From the NCBI RefSeq assembly GCF_036321535.1, contig NC_087436.1:26290001-26354000 (forward strand): a stretch of 64,000 nucleotides of DNA, given 5' to 3'. Below, in pieces: positions 60,923 to 64,000 of the stretch (position 1 is its first letter; every line of letters begins with the position of its first letter). A program made the translations under genes and the position numbers. This DNA comes from Camelus dromedarius (Eukaryota). The notes under the pieces are model-generated. The model worked only from the letters and a program-made list of their open reading frames with translations, was not told the origin of the DNA and did no database searches.

Positions 60923-61390
60923 TACACAGCATCTGAACTCAGTGGACATTTATAGCCTTACCTCTGTGTACCTCTGTGTCCCTTCCTCTAGGAACAGTAG
61001 CATATTAGCCAATTACACAGATATTTAAATTTCACCAAGGTTGTGTTTTACTACCAGAGTCCTAATACTGAGATGGCTTTCTTCCTCATTCTCACCTTCC
61101 ATCTGGCTCAGACTGTTCAGTTTCTAGGTAAAATTAATGGACTTGTTGATTGTCTCCACAGAAGCTTTCTTTCCTTCCTCTGTTAGGAGTTAACTTTATC
61201 TGGTTCTTTCTTGCATAGTACTTAGCCTCTTCTGCCTGAATTAGTATTTACAGTCCAGCATTATTTTCTCCACTATATAAGAGTGTTTGTCGGCAGAAAA
61301 GATTTCATATACATTTTCGTCTTTCTCCTTAGTGCTCAGAAGAAGAGTTTTCATGGAGTTTAACATCAATAAATATTTATTGAAAAAAAT
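60490..61390 (+). mobile_element. L2 fragment(s)
   Basis: Pyrimidine-rich L2 text; ends CACTATATAAG...TAGTGCTCAGAAGAAGAG...CATCAATAAATATTTATTGAA. Confidence 0.6.
60874..60919. repeat. (CA)n microsatellite
   Basis: About 23 uninterrupted CA units. Confidence 0.95.
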
Positions 61391-61800
61391 GAAAGAAAGG
61401 AGGGAGGAAGGAAAGATGATTTCCTGATTTTCCTTTGCTCAGTATTTCCTTTCTGAATTAACAGACATACTTTAAAGTTCTGATAGTTAATACACAAGTC
61501 CATTACATATACATCATATTTCAATAATGAATTTATAAGGAACCACATAGTCTGTCTGCACTCACTCTTTGCTCTCTGGAAGTTTGGTATTTATGGGCAA
61601 GGCTTGCTTAGTGATCCCATCTACTTATGTGTCAAGGGTTGAATCATAAGCAGATAACCAATATCCATAGCCCTCTCATCTAAACTAAGCTTACAAATGT
61701 CCTTCAACTTGTCCTGCACAGCATTCAATCCAAAATCCACTTTTATCTGAAGAATCAATGAAAATATTCCTTATTTCCTCATACATAGTTTCATTTAATC

Positions 61801-61890
61801 TTTTTTTTTTTTTTAATGAAGTTCCTGGGGATTGAACCAGGACCTCAAGCACACTAACCACGCATTCTGCCACTGAGCTATACCCCCACT
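61801..61890 (-). mobile_element. tRNA-Ala-derived SINE (camelid vic-1 type)
   Basis: Reverse complement GGGGGTATAGCTCAGTGGCAGAATGCGTGGTTAGTGTGCTTGAGGTCCTGGTTCAATCCCCAGGAACTTCATT(A)n. Confidence 0.85.
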
Positions 61891-62441
61891 GCCGCTGCTT
61901 AACCTTGATTCAAACATTCTTCCACTTAGAATTTCTTTGTTAATTACAGAGAGACTCTGGGAATCATTCTCTCACATGTTGCTTTCAGGTGGTTCCTGAG
62001 TTATTTTCCTAAATATACAATTTTGCTACTTAATAAGAGTTAAAATAGGCCTTTTTCTGCTTCTATGTTTACTGCAATATATATTAAAGTAAGTGAAAAT
62101 AAGGTAGCAACTTAATAAATGCTTCTTCTCCAAAATTCAAGTAACCTCTGCAATTTATGCAAGAGATCTAAATTTATTGCTTGACTCTCTTAAGATTCTG
62201 ACTTTTTTATTTTTGGCTATCATTATAGAACCAATTAATTTTTTAAAATCACTTTATTAAAAATGATATCTTAAGAAATACAACAGTTGTTTCTTTCCTT
62301 TCCTTTCCTTTTGTTAAGAAGTCCCCATTTAACCTGAAAAGAGCTAGTAGTGACCGCAGTTACTAAGAATTCCAAGCAATAATTGCATGAGTTCGGTAGT
62401 TATTGGCATGAACAGCTTATCGTACTCACATTCACTGGGCA

Positions 62442-62472
<31 letters not shown>

Positions 62473-62659
62473 CTTTGTTTTAGTACTGCCAGGATGATTA
62501 CATGTACTAGTAGAATTCTAATATAGTTTTTTTAATTAAAAAAAATAGTTTTGCCAGATGATAGCAGCAAACAGAACTCTATCTGCCAGAGGAAAAAAAA
62601 TTACAGAATCTAAAATAACCACCTCATTTCTGGCAAAGAATAGTTATATCAAGAATCAG

Positions 62660-62915
62660 GTGTGACAGAGTAAAACTGCAAAAGGACAGTGTCATCCTCA
62701 CTTGCCAGGTTTGGAGTCCCTGATAAGCCAAACCTGCTGTGTGATGTTGGCAAAGCACTTTTCAATATAGTGACCGTCTGATTATCTATCTTCTAAAATG
62801 CAAACAACAGTTCATGCCTTGTTAGATTGCTGATAGGGTTACATAAAGTAGTGTATGTGAAAACCCATAGGACAATGCTAGCATTTTACAACAATAACTA
62901 CAGTGTAATGAGTGC
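62660..62915 (+). mobile_element. MIR SINE
   Basis: CTGCTGTGTGATGTTGGCAAAGCACTT...ATCTTCTAAAATG...GATAGGGTTACATAAAGTAGTGTATGTGAAAAC. Confidence 0.65.
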
Positions 62916-63234
62916 TTTCTATATACCATTTGCTCTTCTGAGAATTTGGTATGAATTTTCACAGTGATTTGCAAACTTCATTTTCATTATTTTGCTACAT
63001 TAAGGATGCACCTGTTTTTTGCTCATTCTCTTTATAATGAACTCATTTTTAATTCTTTCTTGTTCTCTAGAATTATGGGTCGACTAATAATACATTTTTT
63101 CCTGTCACACACACTCACATACACACGTTTATATTCAGATATGCCTCTATTATAATATATTAACAATACTTTTCCAATACCAGCTTAATACACTTCATTA
63201 CTTCTGATGTTACACATTTCTGCTTTGAGAAATG

Positions 63235-63460
63235 CTGCCCTGCCTTATATATTATAATTCTTATCACAACCCACAACCTCAGAGGGGAAATCACAGATAT
63301 TATTAATTTTTAAAAATTTTTTGCAAATAAGAAAACCAAAGCAAAGAAAATGTAAGTTGTTTTTTCAAAGTAACACTGAAATTTAATGTGACAGAGCCAG
63401 GTTTCAACCCCAGGACCCCCTATATTCAAATTCTGTTCTCCTAACAACTCTATTATGGCA
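63235..63460 (-). mobile_element. MIR SINE
   Basis: TCTTATCACAACC...TTTGCAAATAAGAAAACCAAAGC...GTGACAGAGCCAGGTTTCAACCCCAGG. Confidence 0.7.
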
Positions 63461-64000
63461 TATTTCTCATGAGTAAATCAATGGATGTTTCTACAGCAAT
63501 TATGCTTCATTTTTTCTTTTGATCTTAAGCTCACACAGTTCAGATATATGTTTAATTCATATTATTATATGCCTCAAGAATAGAAAGTGTTGTCCTATCT
63601 AACTTGTAATTAATAGAGATATGCAAGAAGTAGTGATTTAACATCTTTGCATTGTCAATCAAGACACTTTCCTCCTGGCAAGAGCCTTAATATCAATAAA
63701 GGGCAAACCCAAATTCAATTATTTTCTTTAACTGCCTCAAGATCTTTTCTCTAATATTCTGTCACCACTAAATTATCCTAAATAGAATTTGGTTAATTTC
63801 CAAGTAAGAAAACTAGCCTGGGATACCTCAGAAGGAGATTTTCAGGTATAGCTTTATCTGCCAGGTTCTTTCTGATGTTTTAACCTTGGCGTATGAACAG
63901 AAGCTCTGACCTCATCTAGAACATGTTACTATCTCTCTTCTTCTCCACTTCCTGATATCTACAGCCCCTCAGGAGCAGCAAAGGAAAAACTCACAAACAG

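Overview
AT-rich, repeat-dense mammalian DNA with no confidently identifiable host gene; it is probably intergenic or part of a very large intron. Two tRNA-Ala-derived SINEs of the vic-1 type (19935-20066, 61801-61890) point to a camelid genome. Most of the window is layered transposon debris: old L1M and HAL1, L2, MIR, MaLR/ERVL LTRs, MER20/MER2/Tigger DNA transposons, and a deleted ERV1-class provirus (31707-37200) with a nested solo LTR. The main object is a young 3.08-kb L1 derivative at 13346-16422 (-). It has a perfect 15-bp TSD, a complete CpG-rich 5'UTR and a nearly intact ORF1, then joins at an AG directly to the last ~123 codons of ORF2, making it an ORF1-only (HAL1-like or spliced) retrocopy. 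Also unusual are a head-to-head L1/vic-1 chimera inside one TSD with endonuclease sites at both ends (19819-20083), a templated inverted-duplication tract (36351-36460), a short polyadenylated mRNA-like insert (52037-52206) and two weak orphan exon candidates. Repeat subfamily names come from recalled consensus similarity, not a database search, and boundaries of old repeats are approximate.
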